This document shows positions 1-8,723 of a stretch of 54,654 nucleotides of DNA, piece by piece (positions within the stretch are counted from its first letter, which is position 1; every line of letters starts with the position of its first letter). Source of the DNA: a virus (Duplodnaviria; Caudoviricetes); the IMG/VR virus record IMGVR_UViG_3300034071_001887, positions 1 through 54,654 of that record; one strand, written 5' to 3'. The translations under genes and the position numbers were made by a program. The notes beneath the pieces were generated by a model. It was not told the origin of the DNA. It did no database searches and saw nothing but the letters and a program-made list of their open reading frames with translations.

Positions 1-86
1 TTCTTGGTTTCTTATTTGGTGCGGTTTTAGCCATATATTCATATATAACTATGCTTGCGGTGTTATATTTATAATTTATATAAAAT

Positions 87-428
87 ATGGCGGTATTTTC
101 GATCAATCCATTAAATTACAATTCTACTGAATTTCCACTTTGGAAAGATTCTACGTTTGTTCTTAATGACCAAAAAACAGAACAGATATATCCTAGCAAT
201 CAAGCTATATCAAATGGAGATATTATTCAATTATCTGCCAGCCAGGTATATTATAGTTTTGACTATTATGCCATATATCCTCCACATACAATTTATAGTG
301 CCGGTGCTTTTTGGTATACTACGGTGAAAGGGTTTACCGCATCATATGATCCTAATACCATCGTAAAAATAGGTGCCACGGTAAATATTACTGGGTCCAA
401 TGCTGGTATTCGTGCTATTTATAGATAA
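87..428 (+). CDS. hypothetical protein (possibly virion-associated, beta-rich)
   Basis: 113-aa ORF with ATATTTATA motif at 65-73 upstream; no family recognised. Confidence 0.75.
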   Translation: MAVFSINPLNYNSTEFPLWKDSTFVLNDQKTEQIYPSNQAISNGDIIQLSASQVYYSFDYYAIYPPHTIYSAGAFWYTTVKGFTASYDPNTIVKIGATVNITGSNAGIRAIYR

Positions 429-432
429 ACTT

Positions 433-621
433 ATGAGTATATACAAAGACAACGTAAATCAAAACGAACTAAGCAAGGTTATTAGAGATATGCAACCTGA
501 TGTTAAAAAGTCGCCAAATTATAATGAAGCGGCGGCTAATATCGTGAAACAAGGTATAGATCAAAAGCATGCATTTCGTGCGGAAAATAATCCTTTTAAA
601 CCAAAGAGTAAATTATTGTAA
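433..621 (+). CDS. small hypothetical protein
   Basis: ATG at 433 (MSIYKDNV...) just after previous stop; CTATTTATA at 415-423; abuts next gene. Confidence 0.7.
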   Translation: MSIYKDNVNQNELSKVIRDMQPDVKKSPNYNEAAANIVKQGIDQKHAFRAENNPFKPKSKLL

Positions 622-622
622 A

Positions 623-2299
623 ATGAAAAAGCGCATTCCATTTGATATAGAGTTTTTGCTGGAAAGTATAATGACTGAAAGTCCAGACAGATTTTTTGTC
701 AGCCCATCGGATGTTCAAAAACTTGAAAAACTTGGAATAAAACGCAAAGAAACGGTATCTATCCGGTGGGATGATCCCGACGCATATCCATTTTTCATAG
801 AACCAAAAGACAAGATAATAATATATCTGCATCGCGGAACACACGGAAGCTTGGATAAAATTCTTAGATATGCTGGACATAGTTCACGCGGGAAACAAAA
901 TGTGTTTGAACGCAATTATGAATTTAGTCATATGCAGGGTGATCCTGGACTTATAGCAAAAAGAGACAAAGCATATGAGTGTTATTTTCACGGCCTAAAT
1001 GCGAGCAGTCTTGAAGATGTTCGCAAGTATCTAGAAAAGCATAGAGAATATTTCAAAAAACTTGATATTCGGGGCGGTGGCAATGACGATGAATCAAATG
1101 AACTTGCTGGTAGAATTTGGGTAGATGCAAATGTAGTAAGTTTTTGGAATGAAAAAGACAGGGTGATGCCATATATGAATCAGGTATATAGTTTCATGAA
1201 AAACTATAACATGAATCTTGAAACTGCATTGTATGAATTTATTGATAGTCGCGGAATTTATACATACAAAGAATTGACCGGTAATATTCCCGACGACAAA
1301 GAAAAATTGAGCCCAGAAGAAATACAGGCATTGAAAGCACAAAAACATTTCAAGAAAGATAAGGCAGATTATAGTCCAAGTTTTTGGAACAGGCAGGATA
1401 AAAAAGCAGCAAAAGGATTTGACTACCCAGCAAAAGCAACCGCAGCAATGCCAGCACTTGAAGGACATATCAAGCTCAAAGATTTGTTGAAAGAAAGTCC
1501 AGATACTGTGCTTAGTGTTGATGGAGAGTTCAAGATTGCGAAATATATGGATGGCGACGCTATAGCATTTTTTATTTATCCAAAATTTTCAGCAATCAAT
1601 GAGGGTGGAGTACACACCGATATAATGGAAATTCTTCAATACGCTCACGAAAATATGGAGTATATTACAGCCACTGAAGAAGATAGGCGTGATTTTTATG
1701 ATATGGTTTCTAGTCGAGAAATTGAAATATCAGACTTTCAAGCCATGTTTGATTCTGTAAGTTCTGGTCCATTGGCGGATTTTATCAAAGCTGGCAACGT
1801 TCATAATGACGATGATCCCGGCGCATTTAGAATAAAATCGGGTGGATTGGCGGGCAGATTATGGTTTAGAAAAAAAATAATATCATTCTGGAACAACAAG
1901 ACTGAAGTGATTAAAAAATGGAATGACGTTGAAAGATTGTATAAGGATTTTCCAACCATACTTGGAAACATTGAAGAATATAAAGTTGATTGGCTTGACA
2001 GAGATGTTCGCAATGGTGGTCCACTTACGCCAGCAAGTTCAATAACTGCGGGAATGAAAACAGATGTTGGACAAACTGATTTTATGGATAAACTTACTGA
2101 TGAAGCTCCGATTGATCCAGAAGAAATCAAAAGAATACAGCGTGAACTTCATTTGATGACGCCAAAAGAAAAGAAAGCGGCGTTGGAAAAGCTTGGAGCA
2201 AAGAATACCAAGACGATAGACATTGCAAACAAACTTGGTATGAGTGTAGCAGAGTTCAATCACATAATGAATGTGAATGAAGCTAATACTTCCAACTAA
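623..2299 (+). CDS. hypothetical protein with an internally duplicated domain (possible internal head polyprotein)
   Basis: Start at ATG 623 (MKKRIPF). Two homologous halves: ESPD..DAYPFFI..GTH..LAGRIW..VSFWN..PEEI vs ESPD..DAIAFFI..GVH..LAGRLW..ISFWN..PEEI. Confidence 0.85.
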   Translation: MKKRIPFDIEFLLESIMTESPDRFFVSPSDVQKLEKLGIKRKETVSIRWDDPDAYPFFIEPKDKIIIYLHRGTHGSLDKILRYAGHSSRGKQNVFERNYEFSHMQGDPGLIAKRDKAYECYFHGLNASSLEDVRKYLEKHREYFKKLDIRGGGNDDESNELAGRIWVDANVVSFWNEKDRVMPYMNQVYSFMKNYNMNLETALYEFIDSRGIYTYKELTGNIPDDKEKLSPEEIQALKAQKHFKKDKADYSPSFWNRQDKKAAKGFDYPAKATAAMPALEGHIKLKDLLKESPDTVLSVDGEFKIAKYMDGDAIAFFIYPKFSAINEGGVHTDIMEILQYAHENMEYITATEEDRRDFYDMVSSREIEISDFQAMFDSVSSGPLADFIKAGNVHNDDDPGAFRIKSGGLAGRLWFRKKIISFWNNKTEVIKKWNDVERLYKDFPTILGNIEEYKVDWLDRDVRNGGPLTPASSITAGMKTDVGQTDFMDKLTDEAPIDPEEIKRIQRELHLMTPKEKKAALEKLGAKNTKTIDIANKLGMSVAEFNHIMNVNEANTSN

Positions 2300-2423
2300 A
2301 TATCGTTCTAACTAGCCCCTTTAAATAAAACGTGGGGTTTTTGCCTTTAGCAATACACACGCACAAGCATTTAAAATGTATATAACCATGTTGTATTCGG
2401 TCACTTATGCTGAACTTACTCAC
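2283..2423 (-). CDS. possible small 46-aa protein (not in ORF track)
   Basis: GTG-started ORF MSKFSISDRIQHGYIHFKCLCVCIAKGKNPTFYLKGLVRTIFSWKY fills an otherwise empty gap; CTATTTATA motif on the minus strand just upstream (2430-2438). Confidence 0.4.
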   Translation of the reverse strand: MSKFSISDRIQHGYIHFKCLCVCIAKGKNPTFYLKGLVRTIFSWKY

Positions 2424-2460
2424 GGTTATTATAAATAGTAATTATTCTAATATTTTGTGC

Positions 2461-2488
2461 TTGATATTTTAAGATAGTATGGTAATGT
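2461..2488 (+). promoter_or_regulatory. sigma70-type promoter (TTGATA-16nt-TAATGT, extended -10 TG)
   Basis: Direct match upstream of the small GC-richer gene cassette. Confidence 0.55.
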
Positions 2489-2496
2489 ATATGAGT

Positions 2497-2691
2497 ATGA
2501 ATGATACATCTAACACATATACTATCAAGCGTGGTCGCGGTCGTCCCAAGAAGATCGTGACTGATGAAAATGGCGACGAAGTCCAGTATAAGAAGGTTGG
2601 TCTTCCCGGCATGATTGAGCCCAATGAGCATGACATTCGCGATGAACTGTCTTATCTGGACAGTTATAACTATTCTCGTTACAACGAATAA
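2497..2691 (+). CDS. small AT-hook DNA-binding protein
   Basis: KRGRGRPKK AT-hook; start could be 2479/2491/2497, with 2497 best fitting the promoter. Confidence 0.7.
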   Translation: MNDTSNTYTIKRGRGRPKKIVTDENGDEVQYKKVGLPGMIEPNEHDIRDELSYLDSYNYSRYNE

Positions 2692-2706
2692 CACAAAAAC
2701 CAAAAC

Positions 2707-2907
2707 ATGAGTAATAATACGCTCGAACAAACTGAAACCACAATGTACGCTGTTTTTCGGAACAACGTCCGCGTCAGCGACTCGGAGTACGACTCCAAGT
2801 TGGATGCCCAGCGAGAGCTTGACTATTGGACGGGTATCATCAAGCGATACCCCGATGGCAGCAAGCTGGAAATCCGCCCCCTGAACCAGAAGAAGGCCCG
2901 AGTCTAA
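2707..2907 (+). CDS. small hypothetical protein
   Basis: 66-aa ORF with GC-richer codon usage; ends KKARV. Confidence 0.75.
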   Translation: MSNNTLEQTETTMYAVFRNNVRVSDSEYDSKLDAQRELDYWTGIIKRYPDGSKLEIRPLNQKKARV

Positions 2908-2911
2908 ATAT

Positions 2912-3133
2912 ATGAAGAACAACCAAGGTCTAAAACAGCGTATTCTGAGCGCAACTTCTACGGATGAAGTGGAGAAGTTGCTCAACGAAGGAAAGAAGTA
3001 CGAGTTTGCGAGCAAGAAGACTCGCAACTCGTGGGCAAGTGCGGCTCGTCGCAAGGCTGCTGGCGAAAAGTATGTCGCTGGCACGGCTGAAAAGCCCAAG
3101 AGCAAGAAGAAGGCTCGTCGAGCCCGCGTCTAA
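2912..3133 (+). CDS. small basic protein
   Basis: 73 aa with K/R-rich C-terminus KPKSKKKARRARV; followed by terminator. Confidence 0.75.
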   Translation: MKNNQGLKQRILSATSTDEVEKLLNEGKKYEFASKKTRNSWASAARRKAAGEKYVAGTAEKPKSKKKARRARV

Positions 3134-3137
3134 AACA

Positions 3138-3164
3138 AGGGGAGGGAAACCTCCCCTATTTTTT
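3138..3164 (+). terminator. intrinsic terminator
   Basis: AGGGGAGG-gaaa-CCTCCCCT stem followed by ATTTTTT. Confidence 0.85.
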
Positions 3165-3626
3165 ATGAAAAAACTGAAGAAACGAGAAAATCAACTGCTG
3201 AGTATGAGGCTTGATATTCTCAATCCATTATTTGGTGAAATGTGGAATAGGTTTGAACCAATGGTATTTGACGACGACGCCGAATCTGTTGAGTTAGAAA
3301 TCTGTAACAATAACTTTAGAATCGTCGCTAATCCAGAAGTTTGGAAAAAATACAAGCACGATAAAAAGTTGTTTGTTATTTGCCACGAACTATGCCACGT
3401 AATGTTTGGTCATTGGCTTATAAATCCAAAGATGGACAGAGAGTGGTGTAATATTGCCCAAGACATACAAGTTAATCAGTTTTTGTTCAAGTGGTACTTC
3501 AAGGAAGAGGATATTGGCAAAGATATGGCTACGGTAAAAACTGTTTTTAAGCATAAAGCTAAAATGGTTTATACCAACAAAGATTATACTTATTATTATG
3601 ACATATTGATGAAATGCACATCCTAA
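3165..3626 (+). CDS. HExxH metallopeptidase-like protein (DUF2201 N-terminal-like)
   Basis: HELCHVMFGH followed by WCNIAQDIQVNQ; start ATG 3165 after the terminator. Confidence 0.7.
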   Translation: MKKLKKRENQLLSMRLDILNPLFGEMWNRFEPMVFDDDAESVELEICNNNFRIVANPEVWKKYKHDKKLFVICHELCHVMFGHWLINPKMDREWCNIAQDIQVNQFLFKWYFKEEDIGKDMATVKTVFKHKAKMVYTNKDYTYYYDILMKCTS

Positions 3627-3665
3627 TATAATAAATGGGGTCCATTCATATATTTATTTGTATAT

Positions 3666-6587
3666 ATGGTGGATCCCATTGATAAATTTTTAGGTGAGGC
3701 AGAATTCACATTTGACACACTAAATGTGGACAATGCGTATGATATTTTCAATCAAAGTTATATAAAGTCAACAGGCAAGAGTTGGGATAAAGATAAGTTT
3801 GTTGAGCGAGCAAGAAACTGGACATTTTACGGAGATGAAAATGGATATGTTGCGGTAAGAGTTCAGAATAGTGGAATGGTCAAATTGGTTGGTGTAGCGG
3901 GTAGCCCAAAATCAATTTATAAGGGAATACAAGAAGTAAAGAACAAGTATTCTAATATGCCATTATGGGGAATGGTAAGTAAGGAAATAGCCAACCAGTC
4001 AGAGAAAATGGGATTCAAGGTGTTGAGGCTAAAGAACGATATAAGCGCCAAGATATTCTTGAAATTGATCAAAACTATTATTCCTTCCAGCGTGTTTGGC
4101 GGCGCAAAAATCAATGGAATAAACTCTGATGGAACAATTGGGTTTGAATATTCGGATGTAGGCGAGGCAAACAAAGTTTTGGTCGGAAATGAAATGTACT
4201 TTAATGGATTGAAGGAAAAAATAACAGCAAGCGACAAAGTTCCAGAGTTTGTAAAAAATAAGTTAGATCAACTGTTCTTGGATTCTGGATTGCTTTCTGA
4301 AAAGCGGCGTGGTGGAGAAAAAAATCCAAAAATCCCTTACACCGAAATGCTTGATAAGTATATGGACCGCGATGACATATACATCACATTTACTCATTTT
4401 ATAAAGGCAGGTATAAATCCAAACAGTAGTTATGATACTCCGCTGGGTGTATATTGTTTTCCTTTGAAAAAAGCCGCCGAGTTTTATGGTAAAAAAAATG
4501 GAGTTATAAACTTTCCATTTGCGGCAGGAAGACCATATATTTTTATATTGAAAGAAAAAAATAATATAAAAAAGATTGATGTATCAAAGTATACAGAATC
4601 TGATGGCGAAAAGGACATCAAGAAAATTATAGAAATATACAAGGATAAAGTTGAAGATATTGAGGAATTGCTAAATAACGCGAAAGCAGGCACAAACTTT
4701 AGACAACTTGGAGTCGGCGTGTTTTGGTATTTCTGCAAGCTGGTAAGTGAAAATCTTGGTGGAAAATCAACAGTAAACTGGAATAAAATTTTAAGAAAAG
4801 ATCTTGGGTACGGGTTGGTCTTTGATGGAGGATACGGTGTTATTCATTCAAACGAACGATGTCAGGCATTTTTCACAGACAGTTCTAAATTTGAGATAAT
4901 AAGTTATTTGGATAATCCGAATCCATCCGACCTTCCGAGCGAAGACGAATGGAAGGCTGAAAAATCAAAGAGAAAAGATAGAGGAAGAGTTTCTCAAATT
5001 AATTTGGGAATAGTTGCGAACGATTTCAAGGCTGCGGAGGGATTTCTAAGAACTAGAAATACGACATCAGATGACGTGGGGGCTTTGTTGCAACTAACAA
5101 AAGACAAACAAAAGATGATCGATCTTATTCTCAAAACAAAAAGAAATAGAATTGATTATTCCGACATACCTGTTTTGTTCTATTGGTCAACAAACAAGGA
5201 AAAGGTTGAAAACGATATTCTTTCAATAAAAGGATCTTCACTCAACGCGAGCGAAATAGAATCTATACTAGAGTTTGCCGTCGATAAGAAAAAAACAATA
5301 GAAAAGATACTTTCAATTCCCGGCATCAAGCTGGATTATGCATTAATCAGAACTATATTTTATCAAAATAGATGGAACGAGGATATAGCCATACGAATAG
5401 CGAATATGAAAGGCGACAAGTTGACAGGAAATGATGTCGAAGAACTTTTTAGATCAAAAAAATCAGATAAATTAGCGAACACAATTTTTAATCTAAAAAA
5501 GAATTCATTGGATGCAGAGGTTGTAACGCCGTTGCTGTTGGGTTGTGTTGATGCGAAAAAAATGATTGACCAGATTGTTGAAACCGGTAACTCGGACTCA
5601 ATGGATGATAGAAATATGGAACTCGCTATTGCGAAATACCCAATCAAAGAAAGAGAATCTTTGGCTATCAAGCTTTTAAAATTGATTGGATCTAAGTTGA
5701 CCGATTCTCAATTTGCTTATATTTTTTCAGGTATTCACGATGAAAAAAATATAAAAGCGGTCACGAACTATATAATAGATGTAAAAAATAACTCGTTGAG
5801 CCACGATATGATTGAAAATCTCTTGCGCTACGGTGTAGATCCTATTCGACTAATTCCAAAAATATTAAAAGTAAAAAAATTAACTGATTTGGATAAAAAA
5901 GCGATTGTAAAACATGCAAAAGATGTAAATCAAGTTATTGAAATGATTGGGGGAATATCTCCAAGCACGGTTGAGGGTATGGATATAGGTCTCACGAAAG
6001 ATCCTCGCGGGTTGTTGAATTATGTTATAGAGAATGGAAAAAAATTTGATTACGCCACAATAAGTCTCGTGATACGTTTGGCAGACAGCAGCAAAGAAAG
6101 ATTGCTTAATTTAAAGAAAATTAGTACAAAAGATCCAAGTATTTTTACAGATTATGGTACGTTTAACTTACTTGTATACTCTACGGAATATATGGATCCA
6201 GATGATAAAGAAGAAATGATGAATTATATTCTTGAGCATATAAAAAACAACTCGATTAATTTTACGGATTTTGGTACGGAGATAATAAATGTCAGTGGCG
6301 GCAAATATATAGAAAAATTTGTTGACGCAATGAATGCACGTTTAGAAATTTTGGGTATAAGGGAGGTTGATAATATACTTCAAAAATTACTAAATTTCGA
6401 AGACAGCGTCGCTATTCGTATTGTACAGAAAATATATAATTATAGTAAAATGGGCAGCGATCAATTTAGAATAAACGTAATAAATCGTATTTTTAAGCGT
6501 TTTCCAGAAGCAGACAAGTTCTTAACTCAGTTCTTAACTGAGCGACATTTAGATTATAAACAGTATTTTAATTACCTATATTCTTGA
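3666..6587 (+). CDS. large multidomain hypothetical protein with C-terminal ~30-aa helical repeats
   Basis: 973-aa ORF; central GINPNSSYDTPLGVY...DGGYGVIHSNE block; repeats such as KGSSLNASEIESIL / KGDKLTGNDVEELF / KKNSLDAEVVTPLL. Confidence 0.85.
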   Translation: MVDPIDKFLGEAEFTFDTLNVDNAYDIFNQSYIKSTGKSWDKDKFVERARNWTFYGDENGYVAVRVQNSGMVKLVGVAGSPKSIYKGIQEVKNKYSNMPLWGMVSKEIANQSEKMGFKVLRLKNDISAKIFLKLIKTIIPSSVFGGAKINGINSDGTIGFEYSDVGEANKVLVGNEMYFNGLKEKITASDKVPEFVKNKLDQLFLDSGLLSEKRRGGEKNPKIPYTEMLDKYMDRDDIYITFTHFIKAGINPNSSYDTPLGVYCFPLKKAAEFYGKKNGVINFPFAAGRPYIFILKEKNNIKKIDVSKYTESDGEKDIKKIIEIYKDKVEDIEELLNNAKAGTNFRQLGVGVFWYFCKLVSENLGGKSTVNWNKILRKDLGYGLVFDGGYGVIHSNERCQAFFTDSSKFEIISYLDNPNPSDLPSEDEWKAEKSKRKDRGRVSQINLGIVANDFKAAEGFLRTRNTTSDDVGALLQLTKDKQKMIDLILKTKRNRIDYSDIPVLFYWSTNKEKVENDILSIKGSSLNASEIESILEFAVDKKKTIEKILSIPGIKLDYALIRTIFYQNRWNEDIAIRIANMKGDKLTGNDVEELFRSKKSDKLANTIFNLKKNSLDAEVVTPLLLGCVDAKKMIDQIVETGNSDSMDDRNMELAIAKYPIKERESLAIKLLKLIGSKLTDSQFAYIFSGIHDEKNIKAVTNYIIDVKNNSLSHDMIENLLRYGVDPIRLIPKILKVKKLTDLDKKAIVKHAKDVNQVIEMIGGISPSTVEGMDIGLTKDPRGLLNYVIENGKKFDYATISLVIRLADSSKERLLNLKKISTKDPSIFTDYGTFNLLVYSTEYMDPDDKEEMMNYILEHIKNNSINFTDFGTEIINVSGGKYIEKFVDAMNARLEILGIREVDNILQKLLNFEDSVAIRIVQKIYNYSKMGSDQFRINVINRIFKRFPEADKFLTQFLTERHLDYKQYFNYLYS

Positions 6588-6590
6588 GAT

Positions 6591-6806
6591 ATGCCTCATG
6601 AAGTAGAAATAACACAGCAGGAACTAAATAAACTAAAAAGCCACGGTAGTGTTTATATTTGTCGTTCGTGTAAAGATAATAAAAATCAAATAGTGTTATT
6701 AAAGTATAAAGCCGGTGGAATACATCAGGTATTCACCGGCTTTTGTTCTTACTGCGAAAGTTTGTTTGCTGGCTGTGGAACTTGTCAAAATAAAACTAAG
6801 GAGTAG
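6591..6806 (+). CDS. small Zn-finger-like protein
   Basis: CRSC, CSYC and CGTC pairs. Confidence 0.65.
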   Translation: MPHEVEITQQELNKLKSHGSVYICRSCKDNKNQIVLLKYKAGGIHQVFTGFCSYCESLFAGCGTCQNKTKE

Positions 6807-7113
6807 GTATTGGAGAAGGCGTTGGAGTTGGAGTTATTTCGGTGTGTATAACGGTTTCCCATCTTGGTGGCTTATCTGGACATTTTTGATGCGGCATATA
6901 TAGCTTGCCTACGGAGCATCCACATAACTTGCATTTTCCAAGGTTATTAAACGCGGTTTGATCCCAATGTGGACACGCCAAACATATAGACTTTCTTTGT
7001 TCAAATATTTCTGGACTTACTTTTGCAAACTTATCATTAACACCCCAATTATATACCGCTTTTCCTAAGCTCGCTGCCTTGTCTATTAAATTTGGTTCTT
7101 TTTGTTCGCTCAT
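6796..7113 (-). CDS. small Cys-rich protein with short Pro/Thr tail
   Basis: RKSICLACPHW..CKLCGC..K..CP..W pattern typical of small phage Cys proteins; ends [12 protein letters not shown]. Confidence 0.75.
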   Translation of the reverse strand: MSEQKEPNLIDKAASLGKAVYNWGVNDKFAKVSPEIFEQRKSICLACPHWDQTAFNNLGKCKLCGCSVGKLYMPHQKCPDKPPRWETVIHTEITPTPTPSPIPTP

Positions 7114-7127
7114 GATACTTATATGTA

Positions 7128-7508
7128 GTGTTTAATACCGAAAAAAAACTTAATATACCGAAAGAATTTATACTTTTTGGACACAAATACAAAGTCCAAA
7201 TAGAGCCTGATTTGTTTGAGAAAGAGGATTGTTATGGTTGTGCAGACGAAGATTTGAAATTAATACGTTTGCAGGGAGTTGGTGAAGTAAATAGAAAATA
7301 TGAAGAAGATGGTGTGGTATATGAAGCTGTAGTTAAAATAACAGAAGAAACGGTAGCAGAAACATTTTTTCACGAAGTAATGCATATCATATTGGATGCG
7401 ACAGGAGAAGAAACATTGTCTGAGAACGAACGATTTGTGAATATAATGGGAAAATCGCTGTTAGAGATATATTTATCTTCAGTATATGAAAAAGAATCCA
7501 CGCAGTAA
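7128..7508 (+). CDS. small HExxH zinc metallopeptidase-like phage protein
   Basis: ETFFHEVMHIIL motif; GTG start. Confidence 0.7.
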   Translation: MFNTEKKLNIPKEFILFGHKYKVQIEPDLFEKEDCYGCADEDLKLIRLQGVGEVNRKYEEDGVVYEAVVKITEETVAETFFHEVMHIILDATGEETLSENERFVNIMGKSLLEIYLSSVYEKESTQ

Positions 7509-7857
7509 GTCTGGATCAAAAGTAAAGTTAAAAAATTCATACGAAGTCATAGAACTTCCGTCATCAAACGACGAGATGGAAAAGTATTTGGAAACACATC
7601 GCCACGAGATCAACAGTCGCATATTGAATAACATTGAATATGGCATAAAAAACAGAATGCCGGTTGTTGAGATCTTCAGTTTCAAAAATTCAAATTTTGT
7701 GGTATTGATGAACCAAAAAGATTTTAGGGAAAACATTCAAAATATCATTGAGTTTTCAAAAAAACACGATGATTTTGAAATTTGCCGTCAGGCAAAGCAG
7801 GTTATGCAAAAGTTGGACATGATGTCCGTCTTTTTTGAATACAAAAAAACAAAATAA
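7486..7857 (+). CDS. hypothetical protein
   Basis: 123-aa ORF; ATATTTATC at 7469-7477 upstream. Confidence 0.75.
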   Translation: MKKNPRSKSGSKVKLKNSYEVIELPSSNDEMEKYLETHRHEINSRILNNIEYGIKNRMPVVEIFSFKNSNFVVLMNQKDFRENIQNIIEFSKKHDDFEICRQAKQVMQKLDMMSVFFEYKKTK

Positions 7858-7858
7858 T

Positions 7859-8641
7859 ATGTCAAAGAAAAAACGCCTACTGAATAAGAAAAAGCACAAC
7901 GATATAGAAAATAACAATAACCATCAACAACCACAAATAAAACACGATAAAAGTCCAGTAGTGCATCAAAGAGGAAAAATAGAACATCACTTAAGAATAT
8001 TAGACAGAGAACTAACTGAAAAACAAAAGAAATTTATAGAATTAGCGTTAGATAAAAAAGTAAAAATGTTATTGGTTTCTGGACCAGCAGGTTCAACAAA
8101 AACATATCTATCTGTATTGGCAGCGTTGCTACTCATGAACGAAAAGAAAGTAAGTGATTTGCTTTATGTTCGTAGTATCGTTGAAAGTGCCGACACAAAA
8201 ATGGGCACATTACCCGGCGAAGCAGATGACAAGTTGAGTCCATATAAACGTCCGCTAATAGACAAGTTGGATGAACTATTGCCGCGAGAAGATATACAAT
8301 ATCTAATAAAAGACGAAAGAATAGAAGGATTGCCAGTTGGATATCTTCGCGGATTGAACTGGAATGCCAAGGCGGTTATTGGCGATGAAATGCAGAACTG
8401 TACCAAGAAAGAACTAATAACTCTTATGACCAGAGCAGGCGAGTTTAGTAAGATATTCTTGTGCGGAGACCCTCAACAATCAGATATTAACGGAAGAAGT
8501 GGATTTCAGGCACTATTCAATTTATTCAATGACGATGATAGCAAAGAGCACGGTATATATACGTTTGAATTCAATGAAGACGACATATTACGCAGTGCCC
8601 TAGTAAAGTTCATTGTAAAGAAAGTAAAAAATCTAGGGTAA
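7859..8641 (+). CDS. phoH: PhoH-like ATPase
   Basis: GPAGSTKT Walker A, GTLPG, YLRG, DEMQN, LMTR, GDPQQSD, DILRS motifs. Confidence 0.93.
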   Translation: MSKKKRLLNKKKHNDIENNNNHQQPQIKHDKSPVVHQRGKIEHHLRILDRELTEKQKKFIELALDKKVKMLLVSGPAGSTKTYLSVLAALLLMNEKKVSDLLYVRSIVESADTKMGTLPGEADDKLSPYKRPLIDKLDELLPREDIQYLIKDERIEGLPVGYLRGLNWNAKAVIGDEMQNCTKKELITLMTRAGEFSKIFLCGDPQQSDINGRSGFQALFNLFNDDDSKEHGIYTFEFNEDDILRSALVKFIVKKVKNLG

Positions 8642-8723
8642 TATAATAACTGCTCTAGAAAGTATAAAATCGTATATATTTTTGGGTGCGCCTTGATATT
8701 TATAATCAAACGATATTTTTATT

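Noticed and set aside
2416-3164. 229-aa minus ORF and the 2964 upstream extension of the peptidase ORF
   Set aside because: Overlap three coherent + strand genes; the extension crosses a terminator, so start 3165 is preferred
6519-6541. Short direct repeat gttcttaact x2
   Set aside because: In-frame 12-nt duplication (FLTQ/FLTE); no evidence of a regulatory or att role
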